This document shows, one piece after another, positions 37,893 to 46,455 of a DNA stretch of 64,000 nt. The DNA is from Candidatus Gastranaerophilales bacterium (GTDB lineage: Bacteria; Cyanobacteriota; Vampirovibrionia; Gastranaerophilales; Gastranaerophilaceae), in NCBI GenBank assembly GCA_016282705.1, contig JAEELO010000121.1, positions 4,189 to 68,188 of the forward strand. Reading direction: 5' to 3'. Each line of letters starts with the position of its first letter. The stretch's first letter is position 1. Under the pieces are notes generated by a model, which saw only the letters and a program-made list of their open reading frames with translations, was not told the DNA's origin and did no database searches. The position numbers and the translations under genes are program-made.

Positions 37893-37967
37893 ATGCGACG
37901 TAACAAAAAAGAAATAATAAGAAATACAACATTTAAAAAATTATGTAATTTAGTATGGGGCTTATAG
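37893..37967 (+). CDS. Candidate 24-aa small ORF (MRRNKKEIIRNTTFKKLCNLVWGL)
   Basis: The ATG at 37893 is preceded by a consensus SD AAGGAG with 6-nt spacing. It starts 18 nt after the terminator T-run and ends 14 nt before the likely start (37982) of the 452-aa gene. Too short for the ORF track. Coding status is unproven. Confidence 0.35.
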   Translation: MRRNKKEIIRNTTFKKLCNLVWGL

Positions 37968-37981
37968 AAAGAAAGGTAAAT

Positions 37982-39313
37982 ATGCCGATACAATCAATAA
38001 CATCTAAAATAATATCAACATTAGGAAATAAAGAATCATTAATACCGATTATGTTAAAAGACGGCGTTGATAGTGCCAGTTTAACATACAAATCATATAA
38101 AGAAGGCGGCATTGTTGAAGGAAAAGACAGAGCCATCGATGAATTTGGGACTCAAGCCATTTGGATTGGCGGTATTCCGTTTTTTAAGAAAATAATAGAT
38201 AAAACCGCATATAAATCACTAAAAATTAATCCGGGCGTAGACGTAAGAATAATTGCAGACAAAGAATATTCTCAATGGGCTAAAGAAAATGCTCAAGGAC
38301 TAATGTCTAATTCTAAAACTCAAAGTGTAAAACAGGCAATTACTGATTGTCTTGCAGATGGAGGGGAAAAAGCAAAAAAATTATTTAAAGGAAAAATCAT
38401 AGCTGCAACTGCAATGACACTGGGTGTTTATTTCTTACTAACAAAACTAAAACAAAAGAACACAAAAAACACTGTAATAAAAAATATGCAAAAAGAAGTT
38501 TACACTAAAAATAAAGAAATAAAATTAAACAATAATAACGAAGTATTTAATGATATAGAAAAAGCTCAATTAAAACAAACAAAACCTTCATTCAAAGGTA
38601 TATCAAAGAATATAACAGAAGCAATAATGTTTAATCCGGTACACAATATGAAAATTATTGATGCAGGCATAACAACAGAAAGATTGGCATGCTCAAGAAA
38701 TAAAACAGAATTTGCCGAACATGCAATTAAAGAAGGCAGCTTCCTATTCTTCTTATACGGATTTGGCAATTTAATAGAAAAAGGAATAAACAAATTTGCA
38801 GGTAAAACACTAAAAAAACCGATAGATTTATCCATAAATGTTTTAATGGATGATTCTTTTGCGAAATCACTTAAAGACAAGAAAATCAGCAGTGATGCAG
38901 CAATGTTTGATAAGATGAAAACCTTAACGGAAAAATTAAATTTTATAAAAAATAATCCTGATAACAGCCTTGTTCAAGCTGCAAAAAAATCTAAAATTGT
39001 AGCTACGGTAAAGACAGGTGCAAAAAAAGGTGCTGTTGATACTTCTAAATATATAGATATGAAAGAGATGGCAGCACTTTCAGAAAACTTAAAAAATATA
39101 AGTAATAAATATAACAGCTCAAAAGAATCAATTACAAATTTTCTAAACAAAACAAAAGCACTAAAAGTAGCTTCCGTAATGGCAAATATCGGAATATCAT
39201 GCTTGTTTTTAGGTTATTTAATTCCCAAAGCAGTATATAAATACAGAGAACTAAAACTCGGTTCAACAAAATTTCATGTTGAAGAAGACATAAAAAAAGG
39301 TAAAAATAAGTAA
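37982..39313 (+). CDS. Hypothetical two-TM membrane protein (about 443 aa), no recognised domain
   Basis: ATG at 37982 follows GAAAGG (the track start 37955 would overlap the 24-aa ORF). TM segments are IIAATAMTLGVYFLLTKL and VASVMANIGISCLFLGYLI. The rest is K/N-rich and soluble. Confidence 0.7.
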   Translation: MPIQSITSKIISTLGNKESLIPIMLKDGVDSASLTYKSYKEGGIVEGKDRAIDEFGTQAIWIGGIPFFKKIIDKTAYKSLKINPGVDVRIIADKEYSQWAKENAQGLMSNSKTQSVKQAITDCLADGGEKAKKLFKGKIIAATAMTLGVYFLLTKLKQKNTKNTVIKNMQKEVYTKNKEIKLNNNNEVFNDIEKAQLKQTKPSFKGISKNITEAIMFNPVHNMKIIDAGITTERLACSRNKTEFAEHAIKEGSFLFFLYGFGNLIEKGINKFAGKTLKKPIDLSINVLMDDSFAKSLKDKKISSDAAMFDKMKTLTEKLNFIKNNPDNSLVQAAKKSKIVATVKTGAKKGAVDTSKYIDMKEMAALSENLKNISNKYNSSKESITNFLNKTKALKVASVMANIGISCLFLGYLIPKAVYKYRELKLGSTKFHVEEDIKKGKNK

Positions 39314-39318
39314 TGTTT

Positions 39319-39347
39319 TTCACTTTTTATAATGGTTATGCTAAAAT
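39319..39347 (+). promoter_or_regulatory. Candidate internal promoter upstream of the rSAM trio
   Basis: TTCACT (39319-39324), 17-nt spacer, extended -10 TGcTAAAAT (39339-39347), in the 58-nt gap before 39372. It shares the 11-mer tatgctaaaat with the 37702-37730 candidate. Confidence 0.33.
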
Positions 39348-39371
39348 TATATCAGTAAAGAGGATATAATT

Positions 39372-40367
39372 TTGCGTTACAGAAGTTGTTATTGGATAGA
39401 AACAGGGATAAATTTTGATATAGATTCATATAAAGTTTGCTGCTTATATAGTGCAAAAGGCGGCGGCAACACTATAGTTAAAGATAACTATAAAGGTGAG
39501 CCCGTAGACTGGGATAAGTTTTTTGAATTTAAAAAAATGATGAAAGACATGCACAAAAGGGGAGAAACATACCCCAAATGTGAAGGTTGTATATATCTTG
39601 AAGAAAAAGACTGGCCTGATGACCATACAAAAATCAGTATGATTAATTTGGATTACTGGACAAAATGTAATTCTAAATGTTCATATTGTCACACAATGCT
39701 CGATAAAGAACGATATAATAAATTTAAAAACTATAACTTCCTTCCTATTCTTAAAGATATGATTAAACGAGATATTTTAAGAAATAACGGACACGTTAGT
39801 TTTGGAGGAGGAGAAGTCACACTGTTAAGAGAGTTTGATAAACTCTTACATATATTTATGGATGCAGGCTTCCCTTTAACAAGAATTCACTCATCCTGTA
39901 TAAAATACTCAAGAGCAATAGAAAAAGGATTAAAGAACGGCTGCGTAGACTTAATCGTATCAGTTGATGCAGGTTCAAAGCAAATGCATGAAAAAATAAA
40001 ACAAGTAAAATCCTATGACAAAGTATGGAAGAATTTGAAACGATATGCATCTCATCAAAAAGACCCGTATGCAGTTAAATCAAAATATATATTAATTCCG
40101 GGAGAAAATGATATAAAAGAAGAAATAGATTTATGGCTTCAAAAGTCTAAAGAGAACGGAATAAATTGTGTATTCCACGAAATTGAATCAAAATGGTTCT
40201 ATGCAAGAAGAGACAGAAATGAAGAAATTCCTAAAGAAATACTTGAATTTTTTGATTATGCAAAAGAAAAAGCTGAAGCTTTAGGCTTGAAATATGTATT
40301 ATATGAAAGAGCAGAGCATATGATGGAATACATAAAAGAGAGAAATGAACAGAAGGAGAGCCAATAA
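39372..40367 (+). CDS. Radical SAM enzyme, paralog 1 of tandem trio (N-terminal four-Cys module)
   Basis: TTG start after AGAGGA. SCYWIETGINFD...VCC...GGG...DWDKFF...CEGC, then CNSKCSYC (CxxxCxxC), FGGGEVT and LIPGEND. Confidence 0.85.
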   Translation: MRYRSCYWIETGINFDIDSYKVCCLYSAKGGGNTIVKDNYKGEPVDWDKFFEFKKMMKDMHKRGETYPKCEGCIYLEEKDWPDDHTKISMINLDYWTKCNSKCSYCHTMLDKERYNKFKNYNFLPILKDMIKRDILRNNGHVSFGGGEVTLLREFDKLLHIFMDAGFPLTRIHSSCIKYSRAIEKGLKNGCVDLIVSVDAGSKQMHEKIKQVKSYDKVWKNLKRYASHQKDPYAVKSKYILIPGENDIKEEIDLWLQKSKENGINCVFHEIESKWFYARRDRNEEIPKEILEFFDYAKEKAEALGLKYVLYERAEHMMEYIKERNEQKESQ

Positions 40368-41359
40368 TGCAGGAATATACAAGCTGTCATTGGCTTCAAC
40401 ACGGTTTAAGTTTTGAAAATGATCATATAGAAATGTGTTGTTTATGTTGTCATAAAGGCGGCGGAAGACTCTATATAAAAGAAAATTACAATGGCAAAGG
40501 TGTAAAATGGGAAGACATTTTTAACCTGAAAGAGAAGTTCATTGAGCAAAACAAAAACGGAGAAATAGACCCCAGATGCGATGGCTGTTTTAATCTTGTA
40601 CACAGAGGCTGGCCGGATGATGATAAACATTATATAAATTACATTCACTTCAATCATTGGACTCACTGTAACAGTGATTGTATATATTGCTATACTTCTT
40701 GGGACAAAATAAATTATCAAAGAAGAAAACATTATCAAGTTCTTCCTATGATAAAAGATTTATTCAAGAAAAAATTATTCAGACCGGGAGGCGAAATTAC
40801 ATTTGCAGGCGGTGAACCCACAATATTAAATGAATTTGAAGATTTGACAAATTTTCTTATAAAACAACCCGAAGTTGAAAGGATTACTGTTCATTCTTCA
40901 GGCATTAAACATTCCAAAGCTATTGAAAACGGAATAAAAGCGGGGAAATTATCAGTCTGTTTATCGGCAGACTCAGGTACTCGGGAAATTTTCAAACGGG
41001 TAAAAAGAGTTGATAAATTTGATAAATTCTGGGAAAATGCAGAAAAATACGCAAAAGCTCAAGAAAAATCAGAAAATAAATATAATGTAGAAACCAAGTT
41101 TATTTTAATACCTGATGTAAATACAACAAAAGAAGAAATTGATAAATGGCTTGATTTAACCGTAAAATGCGGAATAAAATCAGTTGTAGCAGATATTGAG
41201 AATGACTATTGCAGAGATTTAAGAGCAAAAGATTTACCAAAACCTCAATTTCTTGTTGATTTAGGCAACTATATAATTCAACGTACAAAAGAGTTAGATT
41301 TAAACCTGATTGATTATAATAATTTCAGATATCTGACAACAGAATATCATTTAATGTAA
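40367..41359 (+). CDS. Radical SAM enzyme, paralog 2 of tandem trio
   Basis: TAATG overlap with the previous gene. SCHWLQHGLSFE...MCC...GGG...KWEDIF...CDGC, then CNSDCIYC, FAGGEPT and LIPDVNT. Confidence 0.85.
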   Translation: MQEYTSCHWLQHGLSFENDHIEMCCLCCHKGGGRLYIKENYNGKGVKWEDIFNLKEKFIEQNKNGEIDPRCDGCFNLVHRGWPDDDKHYINYIHFNHWTHCNSDCIYCYTSWDKINYQRRKHYQVLPMIKDLFKKKLFRPGGEITFAGGEPTILNEFEDLTNFLIKQPEVERITVHSSGIKHSKAIENGIKAGKLSVCLSADSGTREIFKRVKRVDKFDKFWENAEKYAKAQEKSENKYNVETKFILIPDVNTTKEEIDKWLDLTVKCGIKSVVADIENDYCRDLRAKDLPKPQFLVDLGNYIIQRTKELDLNLIDYNNFRYLTTEYHLM

Positions 41360-41367
41360 GGAATAAA

Positions 41368-42363
41368 ATGGAAAAATTCGAAAGCTGCAGTTATATAGAA
41401 CATGGGATGGTATTAGACCATTGTAACAGAATACGTTCATGTAATAATTTTAATCCGAGATACGGAGGACGCCCTGTTATATATGAAAATTACCACGGCG
41501 AAAAAATTGACTGGAAAGAATTTTTTGATATAAAACGAGAATTAAGAAAGAAATACAGAGAGAATTCCTGTCCCGAACTATGCAAAGATTGTGTAAATAC
41601 AGCATATAAAGAATGGGACGATGATGATTATATAGACTACTTACTTTTAACCCCATGGGTTCCTTGCAACTCTAATTGTATATACTGTGAAGCACCAAGA
41701 GATAAAGAAGTAATAGCAAATACAAAAGTATATAAAGTACTGCCGTTAATTAAAGATATGATAAAAAATAATATTTTAAAGAAAGACGGCACAATAGATT
41801 TTGCAGGCGGAGAACCTACAATATACAGAGAATTTGAAGATCTTTTACATGAATTTATAAAGCACGATTTCACAAAAATAATTATTCATACTAATGCAAT
41901 TAAAAGAAGTAATGCAATTATAAAAGGTCTAAAGAAAGGTGTAGTAAGAGTTCTTGTTTCTATTGATGCAGGTTCAAGAGAAGTACACGAAAAAGTCAAA
42001 CAAGTTAAATCTTATGACAGCGTATGGAATAACCTTAAGGAATATGCAAAAAATCAGCCTAAAGATGCAGATAATGTAAAAGCCAAATATATCATTGTTC
42101 CCGGATTAAATGACAATGAAATGGAAATCAGTTTATGGCTCGAAAAATGCAAAGAAATAAATATTAAAAGTGTTGTTTTAAATTTAGATTTTAACTGGAT
42201 AATGAAAAATGTAGACGGCGATTTAATGCCTATATACAATCTTATGAAATATACTCAGCACAGAGCTTGGGAATTAGGTATAAACTGCGAATTATACGGG
42301 CAGATTTTTCAGGTCAAATGCGAAGTTGAAAAATCAAGAGAAGAGAATATCGCCGGATTTTAA
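41368..42363 (+). CDS. Radical SAM enzyme, paralog 3 of tandem trio
   Basis: SCSYIEHGMVLD...SC...YGG...DWKEFF...CKDC, then CNSNCIYC, FAGGEPT and IVPGLND. Confidence 0.85.
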   Translation: MEKFESCSYIEHGMVLDHCNRIRSCNNFNPRYGGRPVIYENYHGEKIDWKEFFDIKRELRKKYRENSCPELCKDCVNTAYKEWDDDDYIDYLLLTPWVPCNSNCIYCEAPRDKEVIANTKVYKVLPLIKDMIKNNILKKDGTIDFAGGEPTIYREFEDLLHEFIKHDFTKIIIHTNAIKRSNAIIKGLKKGVVRVLVSIDAGSREVHEKVKQVKSYDSVWNNLKEYAKNQPKDADNVKAKYIIVPGLNDNEMEISLWLEKCKEINIKSVVLNLDFNWIMKNVDGDLMPIYNLMKYTQHRAWELGINCELYGQIFQVKCEVEKSREENIAGF

Positions 42364-42380
42364 ATAGACATATACAAAAA

Positions 42381-42415
42381 AATAGGCAGATTAAAAATTA
42401 ATCTGCCTATTTTTA
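42381..42415. terminator. Bidirectional hairpin terminator after the rSAM trio
   Basis: 14-bp perfect stem aataggcagattaa/ttaatctgcctatt with a 3-nt loop, an A-run upstream and a T-run downstream. Confidence 0.72.
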
Positions 42416-42424
42416 TATAAAATC

Positions 42425-43177
42425 TTATCTGCTTCTAAATCTTGAAAGAAGTCTTAAGATTTCAATGTACATCCAAAGTATTGTAACTAATAATCCAAAT
42501 GCTCCGTACCATTCATATAATGCCGGTAAAGGTGCTCTGGAACCTTTTTCAATAAAATCAAAATCAATAATTAAATTCAATGAAGCAAAAATTACAATAA
42601 ATATGTTAACACCAATTGCTAAAGGACTTGAATATGCAGGATTTGACATATCAAAGAAAGCCATATTTGCATGGAAAAATGTTCCTGCGACATAAGAAAT
42701 TATATAAAATAAACCTATAGAAATTGTTGCTGCAAAAACAATACTTTTAAATTTTTCGGTAGCTTTAATTACACCAAATTTATACAAAAATGCCATTACA
42801 AAAACAACAAGTAATGTCATTATAACAGCTTGTGAAACAATTCCATCATACAATTTTTCCATTACACAAGAAAAAGCACTTACCCAGAAACCTTGGATAA
42901 ACGCAAACAATGTACCTAAATATGGTGTAGTTTTAGGCTTAAACGCAATAATAAAAGTAATTATTAATAGAGGGAAAAATGCAAATTGCAATGCCATATT
43001 TAAAATATCGTATCTTTGCAATGTAAATAAATGGAAAGCAAGATATGCACCAATTAAAACTATAACCGAAAAAAACAAAAGTTTATTCATAGAACCTGAT
43101 ACAGTCATTGGTCTTTCTGCCAATGCATATGTTTGTTCAGTTATACTATCACGTAATATAGGATTTGTACTTCTCAT
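42425..43177 (-). CDS. Bax inhibitor-1/YccA-like membrane protein
   Basis: N terminus MRSTNPIL, seven hydrophobic segments, and a C-terminal basic tail ILRLLSRFRSR typical of the BI-1-like family. Confidence 0.8.
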   Translation of the reverse strand: MRSTNPILRDSITEQTYALAERPMTVSGSMNKLLFFSVIVLIGAYLAFHLFTLQRYDILNMALQFAFFPLLIITFIIAFKPKTTPYLGTLFAFIQGFWVSAFSCVMEKLYDGIVSQAVIMTLLVVFVMAFLYKFGVIKATEKFKSIVFAATISIGLFYIISYVAGTFFHANMAFFDMSNPAYSSPLAIGVNIFIVIFASLNLIIDFDFIEKGSRAPLPALYEWYGAFGLLVTILWMYIEILRLLSRFRSR

Positions 43178-43271
43178 TATATTCTCCTTTTCAATAAAAT
43201 TATTATAACATAATTTTATATTAAGAAATCAGACAATTGCGGAGAAAAGATTTTTATTCTATAATTATAAA

Positions 43272-43528
43272 GCCGTGCTCCACGGGGACATTGCGGATCT
43301 CTTGACCCGAACGCAAAGCGGGGTGCAGAGCCTACTGTGAGACTCATGTAAGGGCAGCGGACTGTATATTAATTGTTGATAAGAACTCTAACTATGGCGA
43401 AAGCCTTCGAACCGTGTCAGGATGGGAACATAGCAGCACTAAGGAGATACTTTCGGGTGTAGTTACGGTAAAAGTAGATTATTATACAGAAAATTGTTTT
43501 TATATCAGACGATAGGTAGTGGCACGGC
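43272..43528 (+). ncRNA. ffs: Signal recognition particle RNA, long (Alu-domain-containing) form
   Basis: gtcaggatgGGAAcatagcagc matches the universally conserved helix-8 core (E. coli GUCAGGUCCGGAAGGAAGCAGC) with a GGAA tetraloop and AGCA loop. The terminal helix is gccgtgc (43272)/gcacggc (43528). The AT-rich helix-5 arms ctgtatattaat/attattatacag pair. Length about 257 nt. Confidence 0.82.
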
Positions 43529-43529
43529 A

Positions 43530-43566
43530 AAAATGAGGGTTTATTTAGAATCCTCATTTTTATTTT
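43530..43566 (+). terminator. Hairpin terminator following the SRP RNA (overlaps the 3' end of the convergent TPR gene)
   Basis: 9-bp stem aaaatgagg/cctcatttt with a 13-nt loop, then a T-rich run. Confidence 0.5.
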
Positions 43567-44482
43567 CAATTTTTTCAATTTCTTCATCTAAAGTTTCAAT
43601 ATCCCCCGAAAATGTTTCGCTATATTCTTTTGTTAACTTTAGATATTTAATATAATTTTTATTATTTTTTAATTCTTTATGAACCTGTGCCATTAAATAA
43701 AAGATGTCGGCTTCGTCAGGTACATTTTGTATTGTCTGACGAAGTATATTTTCGGCAGAAGAATACTTTTTATGTTTAAATAGCAATTTAGTCAACAATT
43801 TTACCGCATTTAAATCAGCAGGATTAACATTTATTGTTTTTTCCAAATACAAAATGGCATTATTTTCATCATTAAGCTCAAGATACACTGAAGCAAGATT
43901 ATAATATGCCCAACTGTAATCAGGATTTATAGATATTACTTCATTGTATAATTCAATAGCTTTGTCTATATTACCAATTTCCTTATATGCATAAGCAAGA
44001 TAAAACATACAAACAGCATCAGAACTGTTTATACTTAGTGATTTTTCAAGATAATTTATTGCTTCGGGGAAATTTTTTAATTTTGAATACACTTCTCCCA
44101 AAGAAAATAATACATTTTCATCTTCATTATCTGTCTGTACTATTTTTAACAGTAATTCTTTTGCACTATCATAATCATTAGTTTTAATGTACACATTAGC
44201 AAGATTATACATAATATCCGTATTATCGGGATCAAGTGATATAGCTTTTTCATAGGCAGAAACAGCTGTATCATTCATTTTTAATTTTTCCATAATAATG
44301 CCGATATTATAATACACATTAGGATTATCGGGCAGAACTCCCTTTAAGAAAACAAAATTCTTTAATGCTTCTTGATTTTCGCCGATATCGGAAAGTGCAA
44401 TTGCATACTGTTCTATGGCATCATAATCTTGCGGATTTTCTTTTATTCTGTCTTGAAGTTCTTTTATATAATCCTCACTCAC
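43541..44482 (-). CDS. Tetratricopeptide (TPR) repeat protein
   Basis: About 8 consecutive 34-aa repeats with the A/Y/L spacing pattern (e.g. AISLDPDNTDIMYNLANVYIKTNDYDSAKELLLK). Confidence 0.85.
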   Translation of the reverse strand: MSEDYIKELQDRIKENPQDYDAIEQYAIALSDIGENQEALKNFVFLKGVLPDNPNVYYNIGIIMEKLKMNDTAVSAYEKAISLDPDNTDIMYNLANVYIKTNDYDSAKELLLKIVQTDNEDENVLFSLGEVYSKLKNFPEAINYLEKSLSINSSDAVCMFYLAYAYKEIGNIDKAIELYNEVISINPDYSWAYYNLASVYLELNDENNAILYLEKTINVNPADLNAVKLLTKLLFKHKKYSSAENILRQTIQNVPDEADIFYLMAQVHKELKNNKNYIKYLKLTKEYSETFSGDIETLDEEIEKIENKNEDSK

Positions 44483-44491
44483 AATACAATA

Positions 44492-45361
44492 CTACTCCTC
44501 TGATAATATTTCACTTATAGCAAACGGAAGATATGTGATTATATCCGAAGCCATAACAGAATACTTTGTTAAATCATAAGAAGCAATATCACCTGCAAGT
44601 CCATGCAAATAAGTCCCGATTATAGCAGAATCCAAAGCAGAAAGATGTTGAGCAAGAAGTCCTGATATTATTCCTGTTAATACATCACCCGAACCGGCTT
44701 TAGCAAGTGCAGACGAGCCTGATTTATTTATATAAATCTTTTGTCCGTCAGTAACAAGACTTTCTTTCCCTTTTAATACCGTTATACATTCATACGTTTG
44801 AGATGTAATTCTGGCATATTTTTCTCTGTTATTTAGAATTTCATCAACAGAAACATTCAAGAGCCTTGAAAGTTCTATTGGATGAGGAGTTATTATTGAA
44901 TTTTTAAGAGAAATTTCTCCTTTATGGTTTGCAAGAATATTAATACCATCAGCATCAATGACAACTTTTTGAACAGTATTCAACTGATTTAACAGATTAA
45001 AAACAAAATGCTTTGTATCTTCACAATTTGTTAACCCGCAACCGACAGAAACTACATTATAATTTTGAAGATCAGGAATAGTATTATCTGCAGCAATAGC
45101 ACCATCTTTATTTGATTTCAAATATATAAATGTTGGCTCTGTCATTTTTGAGGCAAGGATAGGAACGATTATATCAGGAGCAGCAACCGTAACCATGCCG
45201 GCACCGATTTTATAGCCGGACATAGACGATAAATAAGCAGCGCCAATATAATTTTTTGAGCCGGCAATATTTAATATTTTACCGAATGTAGCCTTATTTG
45301 AATCTTCGGGACGTTTTGGCATCTTCCCGTGAACCAGTTTATAATCAATATATTCAACCAT
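44492..45361 (-). CDS. nnrD: ADP-dependent NAD(P)H-hydrate dehydratase (YjeF C-terminal family)
   Basis: GKILNIAGSKNYIGAAYLS, VIDADGIN, ITPHPIELSRL and GSGDVLTGIISGLLAQ. Confidence 0.86.
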   Translation of the reverse strand: MVEYIDYKLVHGKMPKRPEDSNKATFGKILNIAGSKNYIGAAYLSSMSGYKIGAGMVTVAAPDIIVPILASKMTEPTFIYLKSNKDGAIAADNTIPDLQNYNVVSVGCGLTNCEDTKHFVFNLLNQLNTVQKVVIDADGINILANHKGEISLKNSIITPHPIELSRLLNVSVDEILNNREKYARITSQTYECITVLKGKESLVTDGQKIYINKSGSSALAKAGSGDVLTGIISGLLAQHLSALDSAIIGTYLHGLAGDIASYDLTKYSVMASDIITYLPFAISEILSEE

Positions 45362-45812
45362 TTTGTCTCACTGCCTCATATAAAACTATTGCTACAGAAT
45401 TGGATAGATTAAGACTTCTTTGTCCCTCCGCCATAGGAATTGTAATAGCATAATCTTTATTCTCATTTAAAATAGCTTCAGGAATTCCTCTTGTTTCAGG
45501 TCCAAATACAAAGAAATCATTTTCCTTGAATTGTCGTTTAGTATACACATTTTTTGACTTTGTTGTCAAATAGTAAAAAACAGAATCAGAATATTCTTTT
45601 TTTAGTTCATCAAGTGAGTTATATTGTATTATTTCCACACTATCCCAATAATCTAAACCTGCACGCTTAACATATTTATCAGAAAGAGAAAAACCAAGTT
45701 TACCTACAAGAAATAGTCTTGCACCCGTACATGCACATAATCTTGCGATGTTTCCAGTATTCTGAGGAATTTCAGGCTCAAACAAAACTATATTAAACTT
45801 CGCTATTTTCAT
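45354..45812 (-). CDS. trmL: tRNA (cytidine/uridine-2'-O-)-methyltransferase TrmL (SpoU family)
   Basis: 152 aa. IVLFEPEIPQNTGNIARLCACTGARLFLV, FGPETRGIP and SLNLSNSVAIVLYEA. Confidence 0.9.
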   Translation of the reverse strand: MKIAKFNIVLFEPEIPQNTGNIARLCACTGARLFLVGKLGFSLSDKYVKRAGLDYWDSVEIIQYNSLDELKKEYSDSVFYYLTTKSKNVYTKRQFKENDFFVFGPETRGIPEAILNENKDYAITIPMAEGQRSLNLSNSVAIVLYEAVRQNG

Positions 45813-46440
45813 TTTCTATAAATCTTTTACTTTCAATAAGTACCGGAATACCTCTTATTACGCACATACCCACAGTAATATAAACTAATACATCGGCAAT
45901 TAAAAGAAGCTGCGGTTTATATGCAGAATACCATACAAACTGATCAACCGTCATACCGTTGTAAAATTCAAAATTAGGTATATTTGCGATAATAAGCATA
46001 AGAAATACAAGTGTTTTTGCGACTCCGTATACTGCTCTTGAAAATCTTGATGCAGTAAGAAAATGACAAAATTTATTTTGCATCATTGTAGACGAACCAA
46101 AAGCGGTATATCCTTTTGATAGAGCTATACTTCTGAGTCCGTCTGTCAGAATACCTCTTGTAACAACAACCATAGGCACCCAAACACCAACCCAGCCAAT
46201 AACTGCAAATGCTATCCAATACAAATTTTCAACAACTCTATCTCCTAATATATCAAAAACAGAACCAAATTTGGATTGTTCATTCATTGCACGTGCAACT
46301 ACACCATCCAAACCATCTAATATAATAACAAAGAGAGTTATAAAGATTGAAGAAATTACCAAATCAGGTCTTCCTGAAAAAATAAACTCAATTGCTATTA
46401 TGCAAAGTATCATACGAATTATTGTCAATAAGTTAGCCAT
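45793..46440 (-). CDS. CDP-alcohol phosphatidyltransferase family protein
   Basis: Signature DGLDGVVARAMNEQSKFGSVFDILGDRVVE (DGxxAR...G...D...D) plus about 6 TM segments. Confidence 0.82.
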   Translation of the reverse strand: MANLLTIIRMILCIIAIEFIFSGRPDLVISSIFITLFVIILDGLDGVVARAMNEQSKFGSVFDILGDRVVENLYWIAFAVIGWVGVWVPMVVVTRGILTDGLRSIALSKGYTAFGSSTMMQNKFCHFLTASRFSRAVYGVAKTLVFLMLIIANIPNFEFYNGMTVDQFVWYSAYKPQLLLIADVLVYITVGMCVIRGIPVLIESKRFIENENSEV

Positions 46441-46455
46441 TATATATCCCCAATA

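Noticed and set aside
37796-37993. Minus-strand 65-aa ORF, and the track's ATG 37955 start for the 452-aa gene.
   Set aside because: The minus-strand ORF runs through a terminator hairpin and an SD-led plus-strand ORF and has no RBS. ATG 37955 lacks an SD, whereas ATG 37982 has GAAAGG at proper spacing.
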